Origin: Acidobacteriota bacterium
GTDB taxonomy: Bacteria > Acidobacteriota > CAIWXX01
DNA: 44,788 bases
Assembly (NCBI GenBank): GCA_040755995.1
Contig: JBFMAF010000026.1
Location: 1 to 44,788, forward strand
Reading direction: 5' to 3'
Shown here: positions 30,513 to 39,527 of the stretch, one piece after another
Position numbering within the stretch: the first letter of the stretch is position 1
Layout: each line of letters starts with the position of its first letter
Position numbers and translations under genes: made by a program
Notes under the pieces: generated by a model
What the model was told of the DNA's origin: nothing
Databases searched by the model: none
The model's input: only the letters and a program-made list of their open reading frames with translations

Positions 30513-30745
30513 TCCACCGGCATCTTGATTCAGGCTTCGAAGACAGCCCTGCTGCGATCGAAGATGTCCTGGAACGAGGAACACTTGATGATTGGAAGGA
30601 GCTCGCCGCCAAGGTGAGACGCGACCCTTTCGGGCGCGAGGCCATGGCACTGAGGACGGTACTAGACAACACCCATCTCTACGGAACGACGACACTCTGG
30701 AACCTACTGCTGGCTGAGTGGCGAGAAGGACGCGACCCAGGCTAG
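30509..30745 (+). CDS. small putative antitoxin partner (78 aa)
   Basis: ATGA overlap with the toxin stop. AAIEDVLERGTLDDWKELAAKVRRDPFG resembles partners I recall next to this NTase family (not searched). Confidence 0.65.
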   Translation: MIHRHLDSGFEDSPAAIEDVLERGTLDDWKELAAKVRRDPFGREAMALRTVLDNTHLYGTTTLWNLLLAEWREGRDPG

Positions 30746-30938
30746 CCGGCCCAGACGTAGCGGGCGGGCGTGCTCGGACGCGGCGCGGTTTGCGGCGACG
30801 GCGGAGACACGTCTCCGGCGAAACGCACGATCTGCGCCTTCAGCGCGCCCTTCACGGCTTCATCCGCCAATTGGCGCCCACCGCCCTTATTCTGGTACAG
30901 GCGTGACCATGGCAGGCCGGCGCGTTCATTGGGGAACT

Positions 30939-30974
30939 GATTCCGCGGCATCACAGCTGCGGCGCCATTGAAGC
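30939..30974 (+). CRISPR. solitary CRISPR repeat 2 (putative crRNA-like regulatory RNA)
   Basis: GATTCCGCGGCATCACAGCTGCGGCGCCATTGAAGC matches the array repeat at 33/36; hairpin and ATTGAAGC handle preserved; preceded by GAACT, as is array repeat 1. Confidence 0.9.
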
Positions 30975-31446
30975 TGTTCCTGATGCATGCCTTGACGTCA
31001 CTACAAATCGTCGCTACAGAGGGTAGTGGCGTCTCGCGGGATGAGGTCGGGGATCAACTCTTTCCTTCATCTACACGGAAAGAGTTGGAGTGGCCGTCAC
31101 CCGAGTCGAATCCGCGATCCCGGCAAGAATCCCGCGAAGTTGGAGAGAAGTGAGCTCATCGTGCGACCCCCGCGTGGCAACCGCGTGCGGAGCTACATCG
31201 ACACCGTTGCACCGGATGGGATCAGGGACGGCGAGGTATTGCGGCGGCTCAAGACGTTCCTCGATCATTCCCAGAGGCGCGAAATGCCTTGGGACGGCAT
31301 CGAAGGACCGTGCCGATTCCGCATTTGGATCGATCCGGAGTTCGCCAGGGAATGGCTGCGCGAGGCGGCAATTCTTTGGGACGTGGCCCGGTCACTATGG
31401 AGGCCGAGCGCCTGAAGAACGAGCAAGCTCCCACTCTGATCGTCAC

Positions 31447-31606
31447 ACCACGTGCTCGTGACGCCGCTGATCCAGTTGGTATGTGACCGGGTATGGGGCG
31501 GGCCGACGCCAATGATCCTCGGCTTCAACCGCGGGGAGCAGAAGAGGGGGCCACCGAAAATTCGCCGTCGGCACGCGGGTGCCCTCGGTCCGCTCCACCA
31601 GGTGAA
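31447..31606 (+). repeat. direct repeat copy 2 (frameshifted copy of the DUF1566 gene 3' end)
   Basis: ~88% identical to 29238-29396, with a 1-bp insertion. Confidence 0.9.
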
Positions 31607-31807
31607 CTACGCCCGCGCTGGCGAGCTGCCGTGGCAGCGGCACGGCGGCACGGCGGCACGGCGGCAGCGCACCTTACCGACTCGCCCTACCACTGGGGTA
31701 AAATTTCAACCGGTTCTCAGGCGGTGCGAACTGCCCATGGCGAGGTCAAGCGGTCGCCACGGTGCCTTGGGGTCGAGCCAGCGCGGATCAGACATCAGGA
31801 GGCTACT

Positions 31808-32059
31808 ATGTGCCACCTACAGTTAGATGTTCCGGAAGCAGTCCTGCGCTCTCTCAAGGGGAGTGAGGAGGAGTTCGCGCGCGAGCTCAGAATTGTCGCA
31901 GCGGTCAAGCTCTTGGAATTGAGAAAACTGTCGTCGGGCAGGGCAGCCCAACTTGCGGGCCTATCGCGCGTCGAGTTCCTGATGTCGCTCGGCAGGTACC
32001 ACGTGTCGCCTTTCACGCAGAGCAGTTCGGAGCTGGACCGAGATGCCCGGAACGCCTGA
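31808..32059 (+). CDS. UPF0175-family protein (putative antitoxin)
   Basis: ARELRIVAAVKLLELRKLSSGRAAQLAGLSRVEFL motif; AGGAGG before ATG. Confidence 0.85.
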   Translation: MCHLQLDVPEAVLRSLKGSEEEFARELRIVAAVKLLELRKLSSGRAAQLAGLSRVEFLMSLGRYHVSPFTQSSSELDRDARNA

Positions 32060-32090
32060 CAGAATAGTCGTCGTAAACACCCCACGATGG
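32052..32090 (+). pseudogene. remnant of a DUF3368/PIN toxin N-terminus
   Basis: ACG CCT GAC AGA ATA GTC GTC GTA AAC ACC = (M>T)PDRIVVVNT, overlapping the UPF0175 stop where such partners usually start; similarity is lost afterwards. Confidence 0.45.
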
Positions 32091-32436
32091 TACAGACGCA
32101 CCCGTGCCTCTGAATCAGCGCGATCCTGCTGACGGCCGCACGGCTCCCCACAGCCGGTAGCGCAGCCCGGCGCGGCGCACGATGCGCCGGGAGACAGCTT
32201 CTACGAGCACCTCGCGCGGGCCCCGGCGTTCGGCGCGCTTGCGCTCGCGAGTCATCACGCGCGTCGGCTCGACGGTAAATCAGTGGAACAGATTCCCCGA
32301 AGATGCGAATGGCGCGCTTCTGTGCTAGGATCGCGGTCGTATCCAGGACGAGTCTTCCGTGGCATTGACGCCATCGGGCTCCGCGGATGTGGTTCACTCC
32401 CGCCGCCGGCGCTCGTGAGAGGGGAGGACCCCTGAG

Positions 32437-33501
32437 GTGGAACTCAAGAGAATCGCGCCTTCTGCTCCGAGTGGCCGAGGGACACGCCGCATTCTGGATT
32501 CAGTCATTCACATCGACCGGCGGCTGCGATCAGGGAGTTGCCTGCCGCTTGCTACGCTCGCCAATGAGCTCGAGGCGAGCAAGCGGACGGTCCAGCGCTA
32601 CGTCGAGTTCCTGCGAGACCGTGTGGATGCGCCGGTCGAGTTCGACCGGCGTCGCCGCGGATACCGCTACACGGACGAGAGGTTCGTTGTCCCGGCGGTG
32701 GCGCTGAGCGAGGGCGAGCTGATCGCGCTCTATGTTGCCGGACCGGTCCTGCTCCGGTATCGCGGCACGGAATTCGGCCGCCGGATCGAGACGGCTTTCA
32801 GGAAGATCGAGCAGTATCTGCCGGATCGCGTACGGCTGCATCTGCTCCCGATCGAGGAACGGATCGGTGGGAAAGCGAACGATGTCGCTTCACGAGACGA
32901 GATCGAGCGATTCGACCTGCTGGTGAAGGCGACCCTGAGCGATCGGCGGCTCCGCATTGACTACTACTCGGCCCACAGAGGCGCCGAGGAGGAGCGCGAG
33001 GTCGACCCGTATGCGCTTCGGTTCGTGAACGGGGAGTGGTATCTCATCGGCTTCTGCCACACGCGTGGTAGCGTGCTCACGTTCCACGTTGGGCGCGTAC
33101 GCGCGGCGGCGGAAACGGGTGATGGCTTCTTGCGCCCGGCCGGCTTCAGCGCAGATGCGTACCTAGCCGACGCCTTCGGCGTCTTTCGGGACCCCCGCAT
33201 CGGGTCCGGCGCGGGTGACACTGTCACTCGCGAGGTACTGCTGAAGTTCGACGCCTTCGCCGCGCGATTCGTGCGCGAGCACGAGTGGCACGAATCGCAG
33301 AGCATAGCTGAGCGGCCCGACGGCTCGATCGAGCTGCGTATGCGGGTGACGGGCATGGTAGAGGTAGAGCGCTTCGTACTAGCCTGGGGCGAGCACGCTG
33401 AGGTACTGCACCCCGCCGACCTGCGCACCCGCGTTGCCTCCCGCCTCAGAGCCGCCGGGACCCAATATCGCGACGTTTTTCGGAACGACGACACGTTTTG
33501 A
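32437..33501 (+). CDS. WYL-domain transcriptional regulator (HTH-WYL-WCX)
   Basis: LANELEASKRTVQRYVEFLRD HTH; REVDPYAL...WYLIGFC...TFHVGRV; FVLAWGEHAEVLHPADLR. Confidence 0.93.
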   Translation: MELKRIAPSAPSGRGTRRILDSVIHIDRRLRSGSCLPLATLANELEASKRTVQRYVEFLRDRVDAPVEFDRRRRGYRYTDERFVVPAVALSEGELIALYVAGPVLLRYRGTEFGRRIETAFRKIEQYLPDRVRLHLLPIEERIGGKANDVASRDEIERFDLLVKATLSDRRLRIDYYSAHRGAEEEREVDPYALRFVNGEWYLIGFCHTRGSVLTFHVGRVRAAAETGDGFLRPAGFSADAYLADAFGVFRDPRIGSGAGDTVTREVLLKFDAFAARFVREHEWHESQSIAERPDGSIELRMRVTGMVEVERFVLAWGEHAEVLHPADLRTRVASRLRAAGTQYRDVFRNDDTF

Positions 33502-33543
33502 CGCTGGACTGGCATATGTTCGTGATGGAGGCGCTTTCATCCG

Positions 33544-36366
33544 ATGAGTAATGAAGCAGGATCACCATCCGTGTCGAAAGATGCAGAACGATTTCGGGAA
33601 TGGTTTGAGACGGCCACGGGATTCGTCCCATATCCGTACCAGGAGCGATTGGCACTTGATCAGGACTTCCCAGGACTCTTGGATGTGCACACGGGGCTCG
33701 GCAAGACCGAGGGCGTGTTTCTTGCGTGGGTTTGGAGGAGGAAGGAAGCCGGCGAAGAAGTGAAGAAGATGACGCCCCGCCGGCTCGTGTACTGTCTCCC
33801 GATGCGTGTGCTTGTGGAGCAGACAGCTGAAAGAATCAGGAAGATGCTATCGAACTTGGGATTGCTGGCCGGGAGTGACGGGCATAGTCGAGCAGAGCCG
33901 GTGGTGGTGAACCGCATGGCAGTGACGGTACTGTTGGGCGGTGAGGACGAGGATGAGTGGTATCTGTGGCCACATCGTGACGCGGTTCTCGTTGGCACGC
34001 AAGACATGCTGTTATCTCGGGCCCTGAACCGCGGTTATGCCATGAATCACTATCGCTGGCCGATTCAGTTCGGACTCCTGAATAACGATTGCATGTGGGT
34101 CATGGACGAAGTGCAGCTCATGGGTAGTGGTCTGGTAACAACGTGCCAACTCGATGCATTCCGCGCAGGGCTGTGGCAACCCCTACTTCCGTGCCGATCT
34201 ATCTGGATGTCAGCGACCTTGGGTGGCAATGTGCTCCATACCAGGGATCGCCGTGACCTGAAGACTCCCGAACCCGCACGATTCAGTCTGAAGGACAGCA
34301 CGCTTGACCTGCAATCCGGGGCGATCAGCCAACGGCTGGCCGCGGCCAAGACTGTGAGCCTTCTCAATAACAGGCCGGAGGCGTGGAATGGCCGCCATAC
34401 GGGCATCACTGACTTGCACTCAGCCGGTCGCATCAGCCTGATCGTGTTGAATACCGTGAAAGCCGCCCAGGACTTCTACAGAGAACTCAAGCAGGCACTC
34501 GATGAAATGAGATGTCGGGACGAGACCGACCGGGAACCGGTGCTGGTGCTGCTGCACGGTCGCCTGAGACCGCGTGAACGAGGCGAGAGGCTCAGGTGTC
34601 TGCAGGATTTTCTGAGTCGCCAGGACAAGGCAACTGCATCCGTTGCTGATCATCCCGGCCTGGTGGTCGTGGCAACGCAGGTCATTGAAGCTGGTTTCGA
34701 CCTGTCTGCGGCTCGCTTGTGGAGTGAGATCGCACCCTGGGCCTCTGTAGTCCAGCGGCTCGGCCGGCTCAACCGTGAAGGTAAGCAGCCCGATGCCACC
34801 GCCACATTCTGGATGCCCGAATCGGATCCCGAAAGAGACGAATCGAGCCCCAACTACAAGCGCATCGGGCCATATGACAGAGAAGATCTCAAGGTCGCCT
34901 ACCATCTCATATCGGATGTCACATCGATGCTGAAGCAAGGCATGAGGTACCGCGACGCGATGGACAGTGTGTGCGCCACCAAGAAGGCCCAGGAAGCACT
35001 GGATATGGAGGCGGAGTCGGTGATTCGGCCCGACGACGTATACGGGTTGTTTTCCACAGAACCGGACCTGGCTGGAGGGTTCACGGACATCTCTCTATAC
35101 GTCCGCGATCAAGACCGGGAGCCGGACGTGCATGTGTTCTGGCGCGACATCCCGAGGCGGAAGCACCCAGCGGACCACGAGCCAGGCCCGGTTCGAGATG
35201 AAGTTGTTGCGGTTCCATTCTACTCGGTGTGCAATTTCCTTGGGACGTCAGGTTACGCCTGGGAATGGAACTTCGAGACGAGTCGCTGGGACCGTCGGCA
35301 CGCTGGAGAGATATTCCCCGGAATGACGATCATGCTCGCTCGCTCCTGCGGTGGCTACTCGGAAGAGCTCGGGTGGACGGGCAAAGAGTGTGACCAGCCG
35401 CCTCCAGTCGTAGCCGCCAGGGTGGGCCAGCCATTCGCAAACGGATGCGCCGTGTCGGACGGACTCTACCGGGAGATCTATAGCGAGACAGAATGGGGAA
35501 CACTCCAGGAGCACCTCGAAGACACCCATTCCGAGACGAGCGAGACCCTCAGAGAGATCGGCGTGCTTGACCCGAAGCTCAGGACTGCACTGATCACCGC
35601 TGCGAGGTGGCACGATTGGGGCAAGTCGCTCGCGCGATGGCAGGCTGCCATAACGAAATACCTGGACGATCTCGGTCACCAAGTGCGCCTCATTCGAGAA
35701 GACGCTCAATTCGCTACAATGTACAGCGTTCTGAGTCGGATCAGTATGAAGCTGGTCCCTCCTCGCACGGGGCCCGAACTCTGGGCCAAGTTCCCTGACG
35801 TTCGGCGCGTCTGGGGCGATCCGACGATTGGCTCCGAGGGCCGAGACGAGGCCAAGAACCTGCTGACTGCGCGCTTCAGACCACGCCTTCGCCATGAGGC
35901 CGCGAGCGCCTTGGGGGCATGGAAGGCCTGGAGGCAGGGCCAACCTGGTCTCACCGCCTTGGCGGTCTACCTGATCGGTAGCCATCATGGCAAGGTTAGA
36001 ACTGTACTTCGCAGTACGCAGGATACGGACGAGGTTTTTGGACTCACGCCAGAGGATTGCCTGCAGCCCGTTCCAGGCCATATCGACAGCAATACATCTC
36101 TTACATTCACCCCGAAGCTTGTGGGAGCTGCCGGGAGTTGGAACGGCGAGACCGACTTCCGTGTGGAGTCGGAGTCATGGATCGCGATGGTCTCGGAGCT
36201 TCTCGGAGGACCCGATCCGCTAACACCTGCACAACACCTGGCGATTCCAGACGGAGAACCGCGTGACCTCGGACCCTTCAAGTTGGCATTCCTCGAGGCA
36301 CTACTGTGCGCGGCAGACATGCGGGCCAGCAAGTGGCCCAGGAGGGAACGTGCAAGTGACAGCTAG
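33544..36366 (+). CDS. cas3: type I-G Cas3 (helicase with C-terminal HD nuclease)
   Basis: TGLGKT, PRRLVYCLPMRVLVEQ, DEVQLM, SAT, ATQVIEAG and QRLGRLNR helicase motifs; C-terminal HDWGK, RHE, SHHG and ADMRAS. Confidence 0.95.
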   Translation: MSNEAGSPSVSKDAERFREWFETATGFVPYPYQERLALDQDFPGLLDVHTGLGKTEGVFLAWVWRRKEAGEEVKKMTPRRLVYCLPMRVLVEQTAERIRKMLSNLGLLAGSDGHSRAEPVVVNRMAVTVLLGGEDEDEWYLWPHRDAVLVGTQDMLLSRALNRGYAMNHYRWPIQFGLLNNDCMWVMDEVQLMGSGLVTTCQLDAFRAGLWQPLLPCRSIWMSATLGGNVLHTRDRRDLKTPEPARFSLKDSTLDLQSGAISQRLAAAKTVSLLNNRPEAWNGRHTGITDLHSAGRISLIVLNTVKAAQDFYRELKQALDEMRCRDETDREPVLVLLHGRLRPRERGERLRCLQDFLSRQDKATASVADHPGLVVVATQVIEAGFDLSAARLWSEIAPWASVVQRLGRLNREGKQPDATATFWMPESDPERDESSPNYKRIGPYDREDLKVAYHLISDVTSMLKQGMRYRDAMDSVCATKKAQEALDMEAESVIRPDDVYGLFSTEPDLAGGFTDISLYVRDQDREPDVHVFWRDIPRRKHPADHEPGPVRDEVVAVPFYSVCNFLGTSGYAWEWNFETSRWDRRHAGEIFPGMTIMLARSCGGYSEELGWTGKECDQPPPVVAARVGQPFANGCAVSDGLYREIYSETEWGTLQEHLEDTHSETSETLREIGVLDPKLRTALITAARWHDWGKSLARWQAAITKYLDDLGHQVRLIREDAQFATMYSVLSRISMKLVPPRTGPELWAKFPDVRRVWGDPTIGSEGRDEAKNLLTARFRPRLRHEAASALGAWKAWRQGQPGLTALAVYLIGSHHGKVRTVLRSTQDTDEVFGLTPEDCLQPVPGHIDSNTSLTFTPKLVGAAGSWNGETDFRVESESWIAMVSELLGGPDPLTPAQHLAIPDGEPRDLGPFKLAFLEALLCAADMRASKWPRRERASDS

Positions 36367-38392
36367 CCTTCAGGCACTCCACTGCCCTGGCATAAATACC
36401 GACAGCCTCGGCCACTACTTGTGTGGACTGGGTCTCGTTTCTGCTCTCGCACCTGAATGGGCGGATCTTCGTTGCTGTTGGCGTGAGGGCCATTTCGTTC
36501 TCCTTCGCAGTGGCATCGCGTTAGATCATGTGTTGGCGTGTCTGCGAAGCAAGTGGAAGCCGACACAGTACTCGCGATGGTGGGTCAGCGCTCAGAAGAA
36601 CGATACGAAGGCAAGGACCTCCACCAACATTCGTTCTGAGCGGAACGTACGAAGCATGGAGGAAGTCCGCCTGCTCGACGCCCATATGGTAACGGCACGC
36701 CGGAACCGGTTCAATCCCATCTTGGGCACAGGCGGGAATGTCGGAAAGAGGGACCTGGCCAAGTTGTGGAAAGACGCCTGCAGACTGGCGAGAGGCAGCG
36801 GAAGCGATGCGTGGCTGAAGGGCACGTTGACGGGGGAGTACGATCAGGAGCTTCCTGACCTGAGCAGCGGGGGAACGTGGTTCGTCTTCGCCAACAAGAC
36901 CTTCAACAGTGGTCAGGGGTGGTACCGAGAAGGACGTATTTCGCCATGGTCTGTGCTGTTCGCGATGGAGGGTGCCCTGATGTTGATCGGCGAGACCAGC
37001 CGACGTCTGGGATCTCGATCGCGGCCATACGCTGCGTTTCCGTTCGTCTCCGACCCAGCGCAGCCGGTGGCACCAGGCGAGATTGGCTTGGCGGAGGCCG
37101 AGTTTTGGGCACCGCTATGGGAAGCCCCTGCCACTCTTGCGGAAATCAGGTCCCTCTTCCAGCGCGGGCTCGCACGAATCGGCGGACGCGCCGCACAAGC
37201 GCCGCACGAGTTCGCTATCGCTGCTCGTGCCGTTGGGGTCGACGCGGGGGTCACCGAGTTCGTGCGCTATGAGCTTCGACAGACCACGAGTTCACAAGTC
37301 TACGAGGCGATTCCTCGCGCTCATGTGGCTGTACCCAGAACCCGGCGCCCACCCGGTGCTGGAACTGGTCGGGAGAGTGATGCTGAGCTGCTCGTTCGGC
37401 TGGTGGAGTCCGGCTGGCTCGATCGCCTCCCATACGAACCTCGAGATCCTAAGAAGAGAGGTAGGTTCAAGGGGCTGCGGGGTCCGGTCGAGGCCGCCAT
37501 CATTCGGGTCGGAGAAGATCCAGGGGATCCGGGGCGTTGGGGGGAACTCCTCCTGACACTGGCCAGAGTCCAAGCTCGAATCGATCGTAACAAGACCCTG
37601 CGTGATCGCTGTGCCCCACTGCCCAGGCTCAGTACTGGTTGGTTCGACCGCATCTGGCCAGCGAATCACTCGCCCGAGACGATCATGGCCCGCTCTATCG
37701 CATCCATCGGTGCTCGCAGCGACGCTCCAATGCTTGTGAATGTCTACGGTGTGCAGGTAAAGGACAGTAGGTACATCCACTTCCCTCAATCGCGTCCACA
37801 ACGGGCTGTTTGGCATTCCGGACAGCCTCTGCGCGCGCTGTTCGACGTTATTCATAGACGGCTCCTCGACGCCGCAGTTACAGACGTTGTTCCTCTGGAT
37901 GCAACTTGCCCATGTCCTGCAAGCCTCGTGTACGCCTTCCTAGATCGTGACGAACAGATCCAAGTTGATCGGGTGTGTGCGTGGATTCCTGCGCTGTCAC
38001 TCCTGGACTGGTCCAGATCGGGCCCGGGCATGCCGTCCGGCGTGATGCGGTCTCCACCGGCCGATGGCACACACTTGTTGCACTCGCTGTTCAAACCCTT
38101 CTTCCACCCACGTGCTGTGCAAGTGCTTGGCCGTTCTACCCGAAACTGCCAACCTCGCGCCGGGCTCTCTCGATCGCTGCTCCACCTCATCCAATATGGA
38201 CACTTGGAGGAGGCGTTTCAGCTCGTACGCAACTGGTACCTCGCGGTCGGCTCAGACATCGTGCTTCCTCCGCCTGATCTGGCGACGGACGGTGAGCGAC
38301 TCGCAGCCGCCTTGTTGATGCCGATGCAAGATCGCGACGTGGAACGCGGTCTGCTACGCTGGCTTCAACCAACCAAGAGTTCGATAGATTAA
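36356..38392 (+). CDS. csx17: type I-G large subunit Csx17 (Cas8g)
   Basis: SLGHYLCGLGL, FNPILGTGGN, SPW..LFAMEGAL, AAFPF and EFWAPLW motifs; lies between cas3 and cas7; GTG start overlaps the cas3 end. Confidence 0.85.
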   Translation: MTASLQALHCPGINTDSLGHYLCGLGLVSALAPEWADLRCCWREGHFVLLRSGIALDHVLACLRSKWKPTQYSRWWVSAQKNDTKARTSTNIRSERNVRSMEEVRLLDAHMVTARRNRFNPILGTGGNVGKRDLAKLWKDACRLARGSGSDAWLKGTLTGEYDQELPDLSSGGTWFVFANKTFNSGQGWYREGRISPWSVLFAMEGALMLIGETSRRLGSRSRPYAAFPFVSDPAQPVAPGEIGLAEAEFWAPLWEAPATLAEIRSLFQRGLARIGGRAAQAPHEFAIAARAVGVDAGVTEFVRYELRQTTSSQVYEAIPRAHVAVPRTRRPPGAGTGRESDAELLVRLVESGWLDRLPYEPRDPKKRGRFKGLRGPVEAAIIRVGEDPGDPGRWGELLLTLARVQARIDRNKTLRDRCAPLPRLSTGWFDRIWPANHSPETIMARSIASIGARSDAPMLVNVYGVQVKDSRYIHFPQSRPQRAVWHSGQPLRALFDVIHRRLLDAAVTDVVPLDATCPCPASLVYAFLDRDEQIQVDRVCAWIPALSLLDWSRSGPGMPSGVMRSPPADGTHLLHSLFKPFFHPRAVQVLGRSTRNCQPRAGLSRSLLHLIQYGHLEEAFQLVRNWYLAVGSDIVLPPPDLATDGERLAAALLMPMQDRDVERGLLRWLQPTKSSID

Positions 38393-38411
38393 CACCAGAA
38401 GAGGAGGATTC

Positions 38412-39524
38412 ATGACAGAACCCGACAGGAATCAGGATCAGCTCCGTCAGGCACTGAGTCCCGACGGGCCAGCATGTGCGGTTATCAAAGCTCGCTTCAC
38501 ACCGGTAGGCGAGTTGGGCCGGTTCCAACCGGCAGGATTCCCGGAGATAGGACATGTGATCTATGACCGACCAAGGAAGGACGGTGGCACGGAGAAAGTG
38601 TGCATCGTCGATAGCGCCGCGAGTATGGCCAACCACCTAGAAGCCATATGTGTCGCGAGTCCTACGGAGTTGCATGAAGCTCTACATGGGCTCCCTTATG
38701 TGGTCTGCGTGACCGACAGCGATGGATCGCCGAGCCCGGACCGCGTTGTCACCACGAGCCTGAGCGAGGGCCACCGCATTGCATCAGACTATTTCCTTGA
38801 TGCTCGGCCATTGTGTAACGGCCAGCCGGATCAAGAGAAGTTACGCGAGAGGCTGCGGCGCGAGTTCGGGATTATCGAGGTCAAGAAAGACAAGACCTAC
38901 TTTATCCCGCCGGAGACCTGGTGGTCGATATACAAGACCATCTTCAAGTACGATCCGAACTCTCTGGTGCACGGCGTCATGTTCGCACGAGAGCAGATCA
39001 AGATCAGTCGGCTGCTGACGGGGCATTTCGAGGCTCATGGGGCAGCACGGGTGGGACGTTCCGGCGTCAAGTTCGACCGGCTTGGCAAGACCACGTCAGG
39101 CCAGCCCATTTTCTCGGTCGATGAGGAGACAGCCCATGAGATTCGCGCCACGTTCGTCTTAGACCTCGCTCTCCTACGTTCTTACGGGCGGGGGGACAAC
39201 GGCCTCGGCGAGAAGCACAAGAAGCTCCTGCTGGACCTGTCACTCTGGAAAGTCTCGCAATTGGCGGCGAGCCCGTTTCGTTTCCGGAGTGGTTGTCATC
39301 TCCAATGCGAGGGGTTGGAATGGTCCACGGACATCCATCCCTCAGCCCACCTGGTGCTCCCGACAGTGGATATCGCTGATTCCATCAGGCAGTGCGCCTT
39401 CGCTGAGGGGCCGGTGACGCGTGTCTACTACCCAGCCAAAGAGCTGTTCACACCGCCCAGGGAAGAGGGGTCCGGTGAAGACCGCGAGGAGGCTGGTGAC
39501 GAAGATGAGGATTCAGAGGGTTGA
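38412..39524 (+). CDS. csb1: type I-G Cas7 (Csb1/GSU0053)
   Basis: RFQPAGFPEIG, VDSAASMANHLE, EGHRIAS and DPNSLVHGV motifs. Confidence 0.9.
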   Translation: MTEPDRNQDQLRQALSPDGPACAVIKARFTPVGELGRFQPAGFPEIGHVIYDRPRKDGGTEKVCIVDSAASMANHLEAICVASPTELHEALHGLPYVVCVTDSDGSPSPDRVVTTSLSEGHRIASDYFLDARPLCNGQPDQEKLRERLRREFGIIEVKKDKTYFIPPETWWSIYKTIFKYDPNSLVHGVMFAREQIKISRLLTGHFEAHGAARVGRSGVKFDRLGKTTSGQPIFSVDEETAHEIRATFVLDLALLRSYGRGDNGLGEKHKKLLLDLSLWKVSQLAASPFRFRSGCHLQCEGLEWSTDIHPSAHLVLPTVDIADSIRQCAFAEGPVTRVYYPAKELFTPPREEGSGEDREEAGDEDEDSEG

Positions 39525-39527
39525 GCC

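Noticed and set aside
31026..31415. 129-aa ORF and GAATCC(C)GCGA motifs as a possible IS end
   Set aside because: No family motif, transposase or partner inverted repeat recognised.
29238..31606. Diversity-generating retroelement (VR in the DUF1566 C-terminus, TR downstream)
   Set aside because: Only 4 of 19 mismatches have A in the downstream copy, there is an indel, and no reverse transcriptase or avd gene is in the window.
31637..31666. GCGGCACG x3 tandem repeat
   Set aside because: Short GC-rich slippage repeat with no evident function.
32286..32326. GAACAGATTCCCC as a third solitary repeat
   Set aside because: Only the first 6 nt match; no stem or handle.
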